Source: Octopus bimaculoides
Lineage: Eukaryota
Assembly (NCBI RefSeq): GCF_001194135.2
Contig: NC_068984.1
Coordinates: 140,629,269-140,665,257 of the forward strand
DNA: 35,989 bases
Direction of reading: 5' to 3'
Part shown: positions 34,760-35,989 of the stretch, piece by piece
Layout: every line of letters starts with the position of its first letter
Position numbering within the stretch: the first letter of the stretch is position 1
Notes under the pieces: generated by a model
The model's input: the letters and a program-made list of their open reading frames with translations, nothing else
Told to the model about the DNA's origin: nothing
The model's database searches: none
Translations under genes and position numbers: made by a program

Positions 34760-35625
34760 CATATTAGACCTCTGCTTCACCAACAATCTTCTCAAACCGC
34801 AACATGATAGAACTGACGATATACAGTCTAAGATTAATTAATGATGAATTCTACACAGATGGCAGCTGAAACTTATCCAGTCTAAACTTCTAAAAGGCTG
34901 ACTGGAGTTAACTGAAAAATAGATACTGCAGCAAAATTGGCTTAAAAGTCCTATGCAAGACATTGATATGTAACTAACAGAATTCATGTCAGTAATGCAA
35001 GCCATTTGCAATAAATTTGTCCCAGCTAAGAGAGCTACAACATAAAAAACATTATTTCCTGAAACAGGAAAGTCCTTATGAGACAGAATAAAGATCTCCA
35101 ATCACACAAACAACTTAATGACAGTGAGAAATCCCTCCTCAAAGAGGCACTCTTAGAGATGGAGAATAAATTCAGAATCAACCATGAAAAGAAAAGAGCA
35201 GAAAGAGAAATGAGGGCCGTGGGGAAATATACAAATGAATCTTAAAGCCTTTGACAAGTTTGCAAAAGAATCTGCCTTGGTGCAACACAAAATAGAGCCA
35301 CTGTTTGAAGACAGCCCACTAGTTGCAGACTCCAGGCAGATAAGTGTTAAACAATTCCAAAATGTCTTCACTTCTCCACTGGGAAACATGCAAGCCTAAA
35401 GAGCTTTTCAACACTGCAGATCTACATGGAAAAGAGGCAATCATCGATTACATTGACATAAAAGATGTAATACTGGCCATTGATGAAATGAACTCAGCAA
35501 CAAGCACTGGTGGATTTCTGGCTGTTCTTTTAATGACATGGAAAAAGGTTTTGCAAAACCACTGTACATAGTTTTACAGAGTTTCTTTGCATGTGGTAAA
35601 CGTCTCAAATTGTTAAAAGCAGAAA
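34760..35625 (+). mobile_element. decayed LINE ORF2 (CR1/L2/Jockey-like), from the post-endonuclease linker to the start of RT
   Basis: NF*KADWS*L; NLKAFDKFAKESALVQHKIEPL; GGFLAVLLMTWKK/GFAKPLYIVLQSFFACGK (cf. PGPDG..LLK...LAKPL); stops and frameshifts present. Confidence 0.7.
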
Positions 35626-35870
35626 CCATATATATATGTGTGTGTGTGTGTGTGTGTATGTTTGTGTGTCCATGTTTGTCCCTCCACCATCACTTGACAA
35701 CTGATGCTGGTGTGTTTACGTCCCTGTAACATTAGCAGTTCAACAAAAGAGACTGATAGAATAAGTACTAGGCTTACAAAGAATAAGTTATGGGGTTGAT
35801 TTGTTTGACTAAAGGTGGTGCTCCAGCATGGCCGCAGTCAAATGACTGAAACAAAGAAAAGAGTAAAAGA
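35625..35870 (+). mobile_element. SINE-A 3' half
   Basis: (TA)n(TG)n...CACTTGACAACTGATGCTGG...AAGAGTAAAAGA. Confidence 0.85.
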
Positions 35871-35989
35871 TATATATATATAAGGAAAGATTTGCCAATG
35901 TTCTGCGCCGTGAGGACCAAAGACTCGAGGTATTTCGTGTTGCAAGACAGTGTAGGAGAGAGAATAGTGATGTTGTAGGAGAGAAATGT

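Overview
AT-rich, repeat-dense eukaryotic genomic window. The repeat content looks like octopus (coleoid cephalopod); that is recognition from memory, not a database result. Two spliced genes lie head-to-head. MITD1 (minus strand, 6 coding exons, 11459->1615) has a 726-nt CDS encoding 241 aa. Glutathione reductase GSR (plus strand, 13 coding exons, 13992->33188) has a 1464-nt CDS encoding 487 aa; it includes an inferred 16-nt first coding exon 6.2 kb upstream that builds a mitochondrial-type presequence ahead of a second in-frame ATG. All introns read GT-AG with consistent phases. Introns are filled with tRNA-derived SINE families, RTE and other LINE remnants, Tc1/mariner and hAT relics, microsatellites and three N gaps. 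The most interesting signal is a dispersed element, present in 4 copies, that carries a minimal type I hammerhead-ribozyme motif of the kind known from Penelope-like elements. One copy is fused to a tRNA-like Pol III head, is flanked by a 9-bp direct repeat and ends exactly at the predicted self-cleavage site. Repeat boundaries are approximate; exon boundaries were read base by base.
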